A stretch of DNA of 64,000 nt from a virus. Where the stretch lies: IMG/VR virus record IMGVR_UViG_3300045988_112234, positions 51,374 to 115,373 of that record; one strand, 5' to 3'. Below the pieces are notes generated by a model. The model was not told the DNA's origin. It worked only from the letters and a program-made list of their open reading frames with translations, and searched no databases. Numbering within the stretch: position 1 is the stretch's first letter; each line of letters begins with the position of its first letter. The translations under genes were made by a program, and so were the position numbers. Shown piece after piece: positions 19,852-29,614 of the stretch.

Positions 19852-20265
19852 CTAATGTATTAGAGCACATATTATAGATAATATACTTATACCTCCAAAT
19901 AAATAATTCAATTTTGATAATTTTTTATTTTGCATATACAATTCATTATTTTTATCAGATTGAATCTTTATTTGATAATTTTTATATGTTAGCGTACTAT
20001 CCAGCGTATTTACTAAAGATTTGTAGTTATTTATTTGAATTTTTTGTAGACTATCATTTACTAGTAAATATTTATGCTCATTAAAAATAAGATTAGTTAT
20101 TTTTAATTGATACGGTGTCAATAAGAAGTTTTCTCCCGACTTCTTGAATGTAGTTTGTGAAAAACTGCATGTCGCTATCAGGAGACTGCTTAATAATATT
20201 GTCCTTCTCTTTAACATAGATAGTTTTATTATAGTAGATAGCAGTATCACACTTATTGATATCAA
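19852..20265 (-). CDS. hypothetical membrane protein (137 aa)
   Basis: hydrophobic N- and C-termini. Confidence 0.45.
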   Translation of the reverse strand: MISISVILLSTIIKLSMLKRRTILLSSLLIATCSFSQTTFKKSGENFLLTPYQLKITNLIFNEHKYLLVNDSLQKIQINNYKSLVNTLDSTLTYKNYQIKIQSDKNNELYMQNKKLSKLNYLFGGISILSIICALIH

Positions 20266-20425
20266 CTTTAATAGAATTTTTCTTACTATTTAATGAGTCT
20301 ATTTTTCTTTCTAAGGTATCTGTAGGCATTACAGTAATAGATTTAAACCCTTTATATAAAAAGATAGTAGCTCCTATAATAGTAATAAAAATTAATATTA
20401 AAATTAATCTATCTAAAAGTTTCAT
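20093..20425 (-). CDS. hypothetical membrane-anchored protein (110 aa); overlaps 19852-20265 in another frame, one of the two may be spurious
   Basis: N-terminal TM LILILIFITIIGATIFLY. Confidence 0.4.
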   Translation of the reverse strand: MKLLDRLILILIFITIIGATIFLYKGFKSITVMPTDTLERKIDSLNSKKNSIKVDINKCDTAIYYNKTIYVKEKDNIIKQSPDSDMQFFTNYIQEVGRKLLIDTVSIKNN

Positions 20426-20847
20426 TAATCTGCTACTGCCTTATTATATAAAACTGCTTTTTGAGCTAAAGCTTTAGCTTTTTCATATTTATCTTTAGCT
20501 TTAGCATATGCCACACTATACTGCTCAGGATATTGTTTTACGTGATTAACTTCATTATCAAGTATATATTTTACAGTCTCAATATTAAGAAGTCCTGCTC
20601 TACCTAATAGTACGTTGGTATTTCTATCACTAATACTTTTACCATAAGCAATTTTCTTACCAAGTTCGTTGTTGTGTTTATCTACCGGATTACAGAAAGA
20701 TACTCCAAAACTAAGAATTCTAGTAGTATTTTCAAATACAGCACTTTCTCTAAGAACAGCGCATACTACAAAGTAATGATCTTTACCTTCAAAGTCTACA
20801 AAACTACCTTCTCTGTAATCTACAAGTTTCTGCTTAGTGTTTGTCAT
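20425..20847 (-). CDS. hypothetical protein (140 aa)
   Basis: ORF. Confidence 0.55.
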   Translation of the reverse strand: MTNTKQKLVDYREGSFVDFEGKDHYFVVCAVLRESAVFENTTRILSFGVSFCNPVDKHNNELGKKIAYGKSISDRNTNVLLGRAGLLNIETVKYILDNEVNHVKQYPEQYSVAYAKAKDKYEKAKALAQKAVLYNKAVAD

Positions 20848-21113
20848 AATTTTTTAAATTTGGAATTATTAATAATATAATCTAGAGGAGCTGATACTAA
20901 GTCAATGGATTTTATAATTCTGTATCCAATTTTTTTAGTAACTTGTATCCTCTCTTTAAGAGGTTTACTTGAAGATATAAACTTGCTACCTAGTAATTCC
21001 TCTCTATCTTTATAGTGAGCATATGCTGTAAGTTCATAAACGAACATCTTAGAAACTGTAATATCTCTATGATGTTCGTCTCTCCAAGTAGTTATAGGAA
21101 TGGACTTAATCAT
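20844..21113 (-). CDS. hypothetical protein (89 aa)
   Basis: ORF, 4-nt overlap. Confidence 0.5.
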   Translation of the reverse strand: MIKSIPITTWRDEHHRDITVSKMFVYELTAYAHYKDREELLGSKFISSSKPLKERIQVTKKIGYRIIKSIDLVSAPLDYIINNSKFKKL

Positions 21114-21427
21114 TCCTCCATCAAAGTAGTATTGTTAGGAGTTTCCCCCACAATATCATATAATCTATGAAGTTCTTTTGTATAGGAATCTAAATATTGT
21201 TGCATAGTAAAAGCCTTTTCAGAATTAGCTTTAGCTACTCTATATCTAGCAATTGATGCCATAGCTCCAGATAAGGTTAATCCATATCCTGCTAAAGTAA
21301 GTTCCTCTCTAGCCTCTCTAGTTTTAGATTTGGCATTAATGGTCTTCATAATATATAAATCCCAATGAGGACAACTTTCATCATTTGTTGAAGATCTTAA
21401 TTCAAAATCAGACTCTTTAATTATCAT
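21110..21427 (-). CDS. hypothetical protein (105 aa)
   Basis: ORF, 4-nt overlap. Confidence 0.5.
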   Translation of the reverse strand: MIIKESDFELRSSTNDESCPHWDLYIMKTINAKSKTREAREELTLAGYGLTLSGAMASIARYRVAKANSEKAFTMQQYLDSYTKELHRLYDIVGETPNNTTLMEE

Positions 21428-21704
21428 AGATTACTTTGATCCAATACCACCAGGTCTTGTTGTTGCATTCTTTACTGTTTGAGGGAGCTTATCCCACCAT
21501 ACCTGCTTCTGACGAAGTCTTTCAAGCTTTGCCTTATACTTCATTTTAACTAGAATTGAAAATTAAAAGAAAATTAATCATCTGTGTAATATTAAAATTA
21601 TCTAGGTAAAATACCATAATTTAGTCATAGACACATCTAGAATAGCCTACAAACTTCTAAATTTAGAATCATGAACAATTTATCACTCTAGAAATGAAAA
21701 TGTC

Positions 21705-21884
21705 TTAGAGAGACTCTGAGACATTACCTTCAAAGTGCTCATCAGCATACTTACGAGCATCTTTGATATCATCGAAATATTTACTTGGTTTTAATCGGTC
21801 ACTACGTTTTACCGCAATTTTACCACCAGTAGTACGATAAATAGTAATAGTATCCACTGTTGCTTTTACAATTTCTTTAGCCAT
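21705..21884 (-). CDS. small hypothetical protein (59 aa, MAKEIVKATVDT...)
   Basis: ATG-to-TAA ORF below the track cutoff; hairpin overlaps its 3' end. Confidence 0.4.
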   Translation of the reverse strand: MAKEIVKATVDTITIYRTTGGKIAVKRSDRLKPSKYFDDIKDARKYADEHFEGNVSESL

Positions 21885-21886
21885 AA

Positions 21887-22102
21887 TTAATTATTTTTAA
21901 AAATTTTACTTAAAGTTTCTGTTAACTCAGGATACAGGTAATACAGTGCTAATAACGTATTTATAATTGGACATACTAATATTAACATTGTTATTATATT
22001 AGTAGGAACATTAATTTCAGTCCATCTGTCTATAACAGCAAATGCAGATCCAATATAAATAGCTATACCTGCAACAATTATTATTGATATAACTAAATAC
22101 AT
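21887..22102 (-). CDS. small membrane protein (71 aa, two TM helices)
   Basis: hydrophobic throughout. Confidence 0.45.
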   Translation of the reverse strand: MYLVISIIIVAGIAIYIGSAFAVIDRWTEINVPTNIITMLILVCPIINTLLALYYLYPELTETLSKIFKNN

Positions 22103-22515
22103 TATTCTAATAATTCTAAACTAGCATTACTAGCTAATTCATCCGCTAGATTATTACCAAAACAATCTTGATGTCCCCTAACATGGGTAAATTTAATATT
22201 TTTTATTAAAGATTTAACTCTTTCATATTCTTTATCTAAAATATTCCAGAGCTCTACATTCTTTTTTTTCTTCCATCCTTTAGTAAGACATCCTAATACA
22301 TATTGACTGTCACTTATAAATTCTACTTCATCTATTGGAGTTTTAATGGACTTAAAAGCACATAGCATAGCAATTAATTCCATTTTATTATTAGTAGTAT
22401 GTTTAAAGCCTTTAGAGTATTTTTTAAATACTTCATCATCCTTCATCCATACTATTCCAATACCTCCCTGGTCAATAGAAGATTTATAAGCACCATCAGT
22501 ATAAATCTGTAACAT
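22102..22515 (-). CDS. rnh: ribonuclease H (RNase HI family)
   Basis: IYTDGA...GGIG, TNNKMEL, SDSQYV, VRGHQDCFGNNLADELA catalytic motifs in canonical order. Confidence 0.85.
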   Translation of the reverse strand: MLQIYTDGAYKSSIDQGGIGIVWMKDDEVFKKYSKGFKHTTNNKMELIAMLCAFKSIKTPIDEVEFISDSQYVLGCLTKGWKKKKNVELWNILDKEYERVKSLIKNIKFTHVRGHQDCFGNNLADELASNASLELLE

Positions 22516-22517
22516 AG

Positions 22518-22844
22518 TTATAAAGATATGTAATCTGCATATTCAAATACTATTCCGTTCTTTTCAGGATCAAAATACGTTGTAGACATACAAAAAGTAT
22601 CAAAACTATGAGCTTTTCTATAACCATTTAATAAATCCCTAACATACTCTTCAGTATCCTCTATTGTGGAAATATAACAGTGTTCCTCACCTTTAATAAC
22701 AATTCGTATATCTGAAGCATCATCTAAATCTCCAGTACTAGAACTAATTTCCCAAGTTCTATTATCTGTAAATAATGCTTCTAACTCCAAATTAATGTCA
22801 TGAATTAAGTTAGGATCTAATTCATTTTTATTTATAATGATCAT
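22518..22844 (-). CDS. hypothetical protein (108 aa)
   Basis: ORF. Confidence 0.5.
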   Translation of the reverse strand: MIIINKNELDPNLIHDINLELEALFTDNRTWEISSSTGDLDDASDIRIVIKGEEHCYISTIEDTEEYVRDLLNGYRKAHSFDTFCMSTTYFDPEKNGIVFEYADYISL

Positions 22845-22985
22845 TTTTATTCCAAAGTATTAAATAACAACGTTCTCCTTCTAAATTTGAATACCACAAT
22901 ATACATTGGTTATCTGTAATATCTAATCTTGGATCAATTATAATTATTACCAAAATAATAGTTATAATAAGTCCCAAAATATACA

Positions 22986-23795
22986 TTAGATAACCTTAAA
23001 CATTGTAACATTCTCAGGAAGATTGTCCCAGTCTTTATAAGAATTAGTAAACCATACGTGATTAAAATTTTCTGACAGATTCTTTATACCCTTAGGATTT
23101 ACCATATGAGTAACTGCAATATTTAAACGCTCTTTAGAAATACCTAAAGCATTAAATGCTTTAGCAATACCACAGAAGGTTCCACCACCATCACATAAAT
23201 CATCAAGAATTAACAGAGGTTTATCCTGTATATTTTCAGGATTATCTATTTTAATCTCTAAGATTTTTCCAGTAGTTAAATCTCGGACTTTACTACAAGT
23301 AATTCCTACGCGATTATATCTGAATTCATTTCTCTTTACAGCTCCAGCATCTGGGAAAACTAATTGAAATTCTTTCCAAGTATTATTAGATGGATTCTTT
23401 TCACTATAGAGAGACATAAATTTAACTCCGAATCTAGAATCATAATAAACATCAGAATGAGGTTCTAAAATTTCAATAGTCTCTGCATTACAATTTTTTA
23501 ATATGTTTAAGACTATTTTTAAAGTGAATGGTCTATTGAAATCCATTACTCTATCCATTCTCATACTCATTAAGTAATAGATATTTAACTTATACAGAAC
23601 TTCATGTCTATCAAGAATATCTAAAACTTGTATAAGTATAAATAAGTCTTCAGCATTAGTAACTCTACAGTTAACTAATACTTGCTCCTTATGGCTGAAT
23701 TCTTCTAATGAAATTTGAACTTCTCCATCAGGGAATCTAGAGATAGAATACTTAATATCACTATCTTCTAAATGTACTAAATTTAATTGTTGCAT
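22986..23795 (-). CDS. PRPP-synthetase (Prs)-like phosphoribosyl pyrophosphokinase; candidate ADPR-PP synthetase (Adps) of a NARP1-type pathway
   Basis: type I PRTase/Prs PRPP-binding motif LLILDDLCDGGGT; N-terminal FPDGE...RMDR pattern resembling Prs. Confidence 0.6.
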   Translation of the reverse strand: MQQLNLVHLEDSDIKYSISRFPDGEVQISLEEFSHKEQVLVNCRVTNAEDLFILIQVLDILDRHEVLYKLNIYYLMSMRMDRVMDFNRPFTLKIVLNILKNCNAETIEILEPHSDVYYDSRFGVKFMSLYSEKNPSNNTWKEFQLVFPDAGAVKRNEFRYNRVGITCSKVRDLTTGKILEIKIDNPENIQDKPLLILDDLCDGGGTFCGIAKAFNALGISKERLNIAVTHMVNPKGIKNLSENFNHVWFTNSYKDWDNLPENVTMFKVI

Positions 23796-24277
23796 AATTT
23801 ATAAATATAAAGAGTTATTGTTAAATCATTAGCAAAAAGTTCTTGGAGCATAGGATAAACTACTCCGTCCCAATCTCCTCCTGCTAATCCACATCCCAAT
23901 TTATAAGGAATACCTACTTCTGTTACTTCTTCGTCCTCACAAAAAGCTTTTAAATTTAACAAAGCTTTTTTAAGAGCATTATAATCAGTATGTCTATTTT
24001 CAAAAGGAGCTACTGATTCAGTAAAAGAATATTCTCCAAATAAATTAGCTACGAGATTAATAGGTTCATTTCCTGTTATACATACTTGACATTTTCCTAG
24101 TAATTTTCTAGAATATTTAGAATTTTTACAATAATTAGCATATTGTGTATATACGCTATTCCATTTATTTTTAATAGCCTTAGCTATACCTGCCTCCATT
24201 ACTCCTAAACAATTAGTTTGGTGAGCTATAAGAGGTAAATTTGATTGGAGTAAATCTTCATTAACAACTTCTATCAT
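23783..24277 (-). CDS. macro domain protein (ADP-ribose binding/processing)
   Basis: IAHQTNCLGVMEAGIAKAI and GIPYKLGCGLAGG macro-domain motifs. Confidence 0.7.
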   Translation of the reverse strand: MIEVVNEDLLQSNLPLIAHQTNCLGVMEAGIAKAIKNKWNSVYTQYANYCKNSKYSRKLLGKCQVCITGNEPINLVANLFGEYSFTESVAPFENRHTDYNALKKALLNLKAFCEDEEVTEVGIPYKLGCGLAGGDWDGVVYPMLQELFANDLTITLYIYKLCNN

Positions 24278-25827
24278 ACTAATGTTGAATTTACACGTTC
24301 ACGAATTTCAGAAAGAGAATATTCTCTTACTAATTCTCCATCTACAAAGACTGTTTTAAGACAACCTTGTAGTTCTGCATCCTTAGTCTGCTGGTCATAA
24401 GCAACATACTTACCATCCTCTTTTTCAACTCTTATAAGACCTTTAAGAGAGTTCTTTGTTCCATCATCAGTCTTTGGGTGCTTATAGATTTCTATAAGTT
24501 TACCATTAATGATGCATGCGGTTGCTTTAACTGCGAAACCCAAAGAATCTCTACTCTTAAATTGATAAGTATAAGATCCAATACCTAGAACAAGATTACA
24601 AGCTGCCATATGAGCGTTTTCCAATCTAGCATAGATATCACGCTGACGCTCCAGAGTAATAGAATCTCCATAAAGTAATCCAACCTTGGTACTTGGATAA
24701 CGATAGTCATTTACAGTAGTATTCCATCCAAAGATTTTTCCTAGCATATAATATGCTCCATAGTACTGACCTTCAGATACTTCTACATAATGATTTTCAT
24801 CATCGTCCATAAATGGATTAAAATCACAGTAATACTTACCTTCTTTCATAGCAGTATGATAGTGAGGATTTGTACGAAGACCACAAATAATGTCTACTGG
24901 ATCACCACTATCAGGACGAATTACTACTCGACCAACACGTTTCATAATATCTGCCTTAAGCTTAGGCAAGAATTTTTCAACTACCTGCCAAAAATCCCAA
25001 GTATCAGATACTATTGAGATAATACCTGTTGGATATAGGTCATTAATAAGACGGCGGTATGTTTCAATCTCATCATCCTCACCTCCTGCGCACATTACTG
25101 AATGTTCCGAAGCCGGAACAGTTGCAGCTACAAGTTCTTCAGTAACATTTGCATTGTAATAATGTTCTACTGCTTCAATAGCAGGAATTGTTTCACTACC
25201 ACAGAATGAAGTCATATGAGCCATACCAGAGATAATAGCAGCATCAAGTCCTGCCATACCTCTCATTGAGAAATCGTGACAAGAGAAACCTAGATTTACT
25301 TCCTCTGGGAATCCAGTCTTTCTAGCATGTTCCATAAGTCTCTTTTTATAGAGACGAGCACTTGTTGCAGAAGTACAAGGAAGCCATAGAGTACAACTAA
25401 TTAAAGTTTCCAAGTAATTAGTCAACCAAAAGAAGTCCGGGAGAGTGTTCTTAATAGTCATCATAGGTACTCTTATAGGACAGATAGAACCTTCAGGAAG
25501 AGCTTTAATTTCAATAGGAAGATATCCTAAATCATAGAGTTCTTCAATATGCTTTGTCCCAACCTGGTTAAGATCTACAAAGTTACCTACACGATAGGCA
25601 AATTGCTTAATAGCTTCTTCCTTAGGAAGAGCAAACCATTTGTTAAATTCCTCTATCAAATACTTCTTTACAAAGTACTGAATACCAAATACTACAGAAC
25701 CTTCTGTAGCTTCTGGGAAGTAACGATTACTTCTAGGAGTCCAGTTACTATAAACCATTTGTGTACCCTCTGGGTACATACGATGATGACCAAGCTTGTA
25801 GCCATCAGTTGCATTAATAATTTCCAT
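24274..25827 (-). CDS. nadV: nicotinamide phosphoribosyltransferase family (NadV/NAMPT-like; candidate Namat)
   Basis: N-terminal NATDGYKLGHH... and overall length/pattern of NAMPT. Confidence 0.75.
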   Translation of the reverse strand: MEIINATDGYKLGHHRMYPEGTQMVYSNWTPRSNRYFPEATEGSVVFGIQYFVKKYLIEEFNKWFALPKEEAIKQFAYRVGNFVDLNQVGTKHIEELYDLGYLPIEIKALPEGSICPIRVPMMTIKNTLPDFFWLTNYLETLISCTLWLPCTSATSARLYKKRLMEHARKTGFPEEVNLGFSCHDFSMRGMAGLDAAIISGMAHMTSFCGSETIPAIEAVEHYYNANVTEELVAATVPASEHSVMCAGGEDDEIETYRRLINDLYPTGIISIVSDTWDFWQVVEKFLPKLKADIMKRVGRVVIRPDSGDPVDIICGLRTNPHYHTAMKEGKYYCDFNPFMDDDENHYVEVSEGQYYGAYYMLGKIFGWNTTVNDYRYPSTKVGLLYGDSITLERQRDIYARLENAHMAACNLVLGIGSYTYQFKSRDSLGFAVKATACIINGKLIEIYKHPKTDDGTKNSLKGLIRVEKEDGKYVAYDQQTKDAELQGCLKTVFVDGELVREYSLSEIRERVNSTLV

Positions 25828-26317
25828 TAATTGATTCTTTTAATGTTAAACCTGTACTATATTTATAAAACACTTCAGTTATATAACTCTTAGTTTTTTT
25901 GTGGATTTTCATATGAGGCTGTTGTTTAAGCCACCATGTATATTCTCTTCTAGGGTCAGCTCCATATGTTTTAGCTGCTGCTAAATAATCACATATAAGT
26001 TCTAGAACATATTTTTTAGGCATTTTAGCAGGAATTCCTCCATTATCTAAGGAATGTATCCAATATTCATAATGGTGAGGATTCCTTCCTCTATGATGAA
26101 GGAATGTTTGACTATATCCTAATATTCTACACTCATTCGCTAAAGAGCTCATTTTATCATCCCAATACTTAATAGCTCTTGAAAATTCTGTAAAACTAAA
26201 TTTAGACAAATCATGAGTAATACCTTGCCAATATAATCCTATTTGAAAGCAATATTTAGCAACATAATACTTATGAGTTAAGATTCGCTTTATTAATTTC
26301 AACCAAACTAAGTTCAT
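25814..26317 (-). CDS. hypothetical protein (167 aa)
   Basis: ORF overlapping the nadV start. Confidence 0.55.
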   Translation of the reverse strand: MNLVWLKLIKRILTHKYYVAKYCFQIGLYWQGITHDLSKFSFTEFSRAIKYWDDKMSSLANECRILGYSQTFLHHRGRNPHHYEYWIHSLDNGGIPAKMPKKYVLELICDYLAAAKTYGADPRREYTWWLKQQPHMKIHKKTKSYITEVFYKYSTGLTLKESINGNY

Positions 26318-26541
26318 AATGCTGATAATTTATTTATATAAATATCTGAATATTTCTTTCCAAGTTTTTGCATTATACTATAGAAACTTCTTCTAAAACT
26401 GCTATCTTTCATACACAATATCTTTATATTAGAAATTAAATCTTCTGGTATATGTGCTTCAGAATATTCTTTAGACACTATTTCAGAAGATTTAATTAAT
26501 TCTACTAATAAAGATACTTGATTAGCTTTTTGATAATTCAT
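26314..26541 (-). CDS. hypothetical protein (75 aa)
   Basis: ORF. Confidence 0.4.
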   Translation of the reverse strand: MNYQKANQVSLLVELIKSSEIVSKEYSEAHIPEDLISNIKILCMKDSSFRRSFYSIMQKLGKKYSDIYINKLSAL

Positions 26542-26723
26542 AAGTGAGAATCCCTAATTGCTGTATAATATCCTAGAATAAAAAAGTCTTTACACTTTCC
26601 TAACTCTCTATTAAACATTAATAGATATATAGGAGACTCTGCAATTAATGTTTTCCAAGCTTTATTTACTTTTATTTCAAGAGTATCTGAATTCATAATC
26701 CTTCTTTTTCTAAGGAATTCCAA
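26538..26723 (-). CDS. hypothetical protein (61 aa)
   Basis: ORF. Confidence 0.35.
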   Translation of the reverse strand: MEFLRKRRIMNSDTLEIKVNKAWKTLIAESPIYLLMFNRELGKCKDFFILGYYTAIRDSHL

Positions 26724-26759
26724 TAGTCTGCTTCTAGATCATTCCAATAATCATCTAGA

Positions 26760-26987
26760 TCACTTATAATGTCTGTTAGATCTTCCATCAGATATACAAT
26801 ATAAAATTAGCAATATAATACAGAGTATAATTATAAGCTCTATTCCTATTAAGAATGGGCTAAAAACAACTAACCATGAAATATCTGAATGTAGAATAAC
26901 TTTAGCAACTAATAAAATAATAAAAGCTACTGGAATAACCCATCCTAAACATCCTAAATTCACATTTACTTTATTACTTGACAACAT
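26760..26987 (-). CDS. small membrane protein (75 aa)
   Basis: two hydrophobic helices. Confidence 0.4.
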   Translation of the reverse strand: MLSSNKVNVNLGCLGWVIPVAFIILLVAKVILHSDISWLVVFSPFLIGIELIIILCIILLILYCISDGRSNRHYK

Positions 26988-27156
26988 TTAATAAAGACTT
27001 TATATAATCAATAGATTCCTTCACAGATAAGCAGCCTCCACTCTTTAACATAATGTAAGAGCTTTCACCAACTTCTTCTACTAAGGAAATATCATCTACG
27101 GCTATTAAATATCTTCTATTAATATTGTCATTGTCTAATGTTAAATCAATAAACAC
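26974..27156 (-). CDS. hypothetical protein (60 aa)
   Basis: ORF. Confidence 0.35.
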   Translation of the reverse strand: MFIDLTLDNDNINRRYLIAVDDISLVEEVGESSYIMLKSGGCLSVKESIDYIKSLLNVVK

Positions 27157-27221
27157 ATTTAATCATATTAATAATTTTCTATAATAATCATCTACGTTAT
27201 GATAAGTAAGATAATATAATA

Positions 27222-27422
27222 CTATAAAGATTTAATCCTAGTACAGATCGTTTCTACAGCATTATTAAACTCTTGCTTATTACTATCTAAAATAGTTTCT
27301 CTTAAAAACCCTAAATATGAAGTACTACGACTAGTAATAGATGGTAATTTAAGATTTACTACAATACATTTATTACCATCTATTCTAATTCGTAATGCTC
27401 CACACTTTTTATACTTAACCAT
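27222..27422 (-). CDS. hypothetical protein (66 aa)
   Basis: ORF. Confidence 0.4.
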   Translation of the reverse strand: MVKYKKCGALRIRIDGNKCIVVNLKLPSITSRSTSYLGFLRETILDSNKQEFNNAVETICTRIKSL

Positions 27423-27459
27423 TTAAATTAATAAATATTAGTAATGCTAATACAAAAAT

Positions 27460-27490
27460 AGGGACTAATAAGATAAACTTACTAGTCCCT
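27460..27490 (-). terminator. hairpin agggacta...tagtccct (8-bp stem)
   Basis: inverted repeat in the intergenic region. Confidence 0.4.
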
Positions 27491-27586
27491 TTCTCCTTGC
27501 CATCAAAGGCTTCTACAATTTCTTTTAATGTCGTCTGTTCATCATATAATTAAAAAATTTATTTTTTGGAAGAGTTCTTAATAATT

Positions 27587-27799
27587 TTAAAGTATCATTT
27601 GCTATCCATCAGTATAATAGTGACTTCCTATAAATAAACCTATAGTATCAATAGATTCATCAATATCAAAACTATTATGTGTATCTCTACGACATTCATA
27701 TCTTCCAGCATAAGGACTTACTATCTTTATATTATATCCAAAAGAATGTAGTCCTATATCTATAATTAAATATTGGTGAATAATAATCTAACCTACCAT
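27587..27799 (-). CDS. 70-codon ORF with two in-frame TAG codons and a RuvC/YqgF-like N-terminal motif (LIIDIGLHSFGY); possibly a truncated resolvase remnant
   Basis: MVG*IIIHQYLIIDIGLHSFGYNIKIVSPYAGRYECRRDTHNSFDIDESIDTIGLFIGSHYYTDG*QMIL; no TAA/TGA in frame. Confidence 0.3.
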
Positions 27800-27873
27800 A
27801 ATTTATTAGAGCTTCCATACATATATGTTAGAAGTAGCTACACATTCTTCTTTATATCGCAAATATAAACACA

Positions 27874-28404
27874 TTATTTAAGAATTTTAACTTTTACATG
27901 TTTAATACTGATTCGTTTAGAATTTTTGGGGTGTATTAATATATCAATACAATGTTTATGTCTTTTATTCAGTATATTTAAGTACATATCCTTTACAAGA
28001 TAAAGTACAGATTGAACATTTGAATAGCTACAATTTAGTTTTCTTGCAACATCCATCATACTTTTACAAGTATCTATATAATTATTTTCGGAATCATATA
28101 TTGCTACTGATCTTTTGTTTAACTGTAACTTTGATGAATTTTTTCTAGATTTTTCAGGTTTAGTACCAAAATTGCAATTATACTTATTAGTACACCATTC
28201 TAAATTATCTACACAATTATTTAATTTATTTTCATCTATATGATTCACTTGTGGATAATTATGATAGAGTTGCACTCTCACATATCCACCTTTATCTATA
28301 AAAGTATTTTTAATTTTTTTTCTTTGCACAGAGTAGACTCTTCCTAAATTGGATATTTTATATGCTCCCTTATGCCATTCAATGTCTTTCCATACTTCTT
28401 CCAT
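27874..28404 (-). CDS. HNH homing endonuclease (NUMOD4 N-motif plus HNH_3)
   Basis: IEWHKGAYKISNLGRVYS (NUMOD4-like) and YHNYPQVNHIDENKLNNCVDNLEW (HNH). Confidence 0.75.
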   Translation of the reverse strand: MEEVWKDIEWHKGAYKISNLGRVYSVQRKKIKNTFIDKGGYVRVQLYHNYPQVNHIDENKLNNCVDNLEWCTNKYNCNFGTKPEKSRKNSSKLQLNKRSVAIYDSENNYIDTCKSMMDVARKLNCSYSNVQSVLYLVKDMYLNILNKRHKHCIDILIHPKNSKRISIKHVKVKILK

Positions 28405-28784
28405 TATAATATTTTAATTTTTACATTTTTTAATAAAATCTTTTTTGAATTTTTTGGATGCACTAATATATCGACTCTATGTTTAAATCGTTTATTAGTA
28501 ATATCTCTAACTTCATATATCCCAAATCCTTCTATAAACACTTTTTTAGGTTTATTCTTTGGAAATAAATAAAGTAAATCACGGGATATAGCACACCACT
28601 TGATTTTATTATGTTTTAAATGATGTAAGTTAATTTTAGAACCATCAGCTGTAACTAATGGTTTATTATCACATTGACTCTTTACTGGCTGATAACAAGT
28701 AAGAGTTACATGAGTTATTGTTTGAGCAATACTTTTAGTGCATAAGAAACATAATAATATTAATATAAATTTAAATCTTCTCAT
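28404..28784 (-). CDS. secreted 3D-domain protein (YuiC/MltA-like, cell-wall related)
   Basis: signal peptide; TCYQPV..QCD..P..TADGSKI...AISRDLL...IEGFGIYEVRDI...RVDIL matches the 3D-domain pattern. Confidence 0.65.
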   Translation of the reverse strand: MRRFKFILILLCFLCTKSIAQTITHVTLTCYQPVKSQCDNKPLVTADGSKINLHHLKHNKIKWCAISRDLLYLFPKNKPKKVFIEGFGIYEVRDITNKRFKHRVDILVHPKNSKKILLKNVKIKIL

Positions 28785-28798
28785 TATAAATAATCTTT

Positions 28799-29149
28799 TT
28801 AGTTATGGCATATATTACCACTCATAGTACTAACATTTCCACCAACATTACCACAAGTAACATCGCCACTCATTGTTAATACTCCACCTTTAACGTCTTT
28901 ACAGGATACATCACCACTAGTTGTATTAACAGTTGAAACATTCCCACTATCAGTACGTACACTAGCTACATTACCTTCTATTTTTACTTCTATAGATGGA
29001 CTTTCAAGACCTTCTCTTAAATTTCCATTTACATAAATTTTACCATTATTAATACTAATGGTTTGTGCTCCTTATATTTTAACATTGTTAATCCAAGTAG
29101 CACCATTAATACCATTTAATGTTGTTTTAATTGTGTTAATTATTCCCAT
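28799..29149 (-). pseudogene. beta-helix/bactofilin-like repeat protein gene interrupted by an in-frame TAA after codon 25
   Basis: MGIINTIKTTLNGINGATWINNVKI-TAA-GAQTISINNGKIYVNGN...SGDVSCKDVKGGVLTMSGDVTCGNVGGNVSTMSGNICHN. Confidence 0.4.
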
Positions 29150-29216
29150 AATATATAAAATTTTTAAAAATGTATACAAACAAAAAAAGTCGAGCTTATT
29201 GCCCGACTCAACATCA

Positions 29217-29239
29217 GTAAGTACCCCTTTGGTACTTAC
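29217..29239. terminator. bidirectional hairpin gtaagtacc-cctt-ggtacttac
   Basis: 9-bp perfect stem. Confidence 0.5.
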
Positions 29240-29614
29240 AAATTAAATAATAAGATTAAATAATTGGAGGCATGTATAATCTACAATACTGATTAGCATA
29301 CCAAGTCCAACCCTTCTTAAATGCTTTTAAAGTTCTTTTTAAAATTTTCATCATAATAAATCAAATTTAAAGTTTAACTTATAAAATATCTAGGAGGAGA
29401 GTTTAAAAAATTAAGAATCCCAGGTAAATCACCCCTGTTAGAGACAATCTTATGGTCTCTATTTTTATTATTTAGGATTCTGTAGGAATGCAAAAAACGT
29501 CGAACCATTCCAGTTCGTAGGTTCTACGACACCTAATAGGCGAGTATGCATCGTTGAGAGGCACCCTATAAGTTACGTTGCTCCTGTAACTAGTATTCTA
29601 GAGCTTTATCATAG

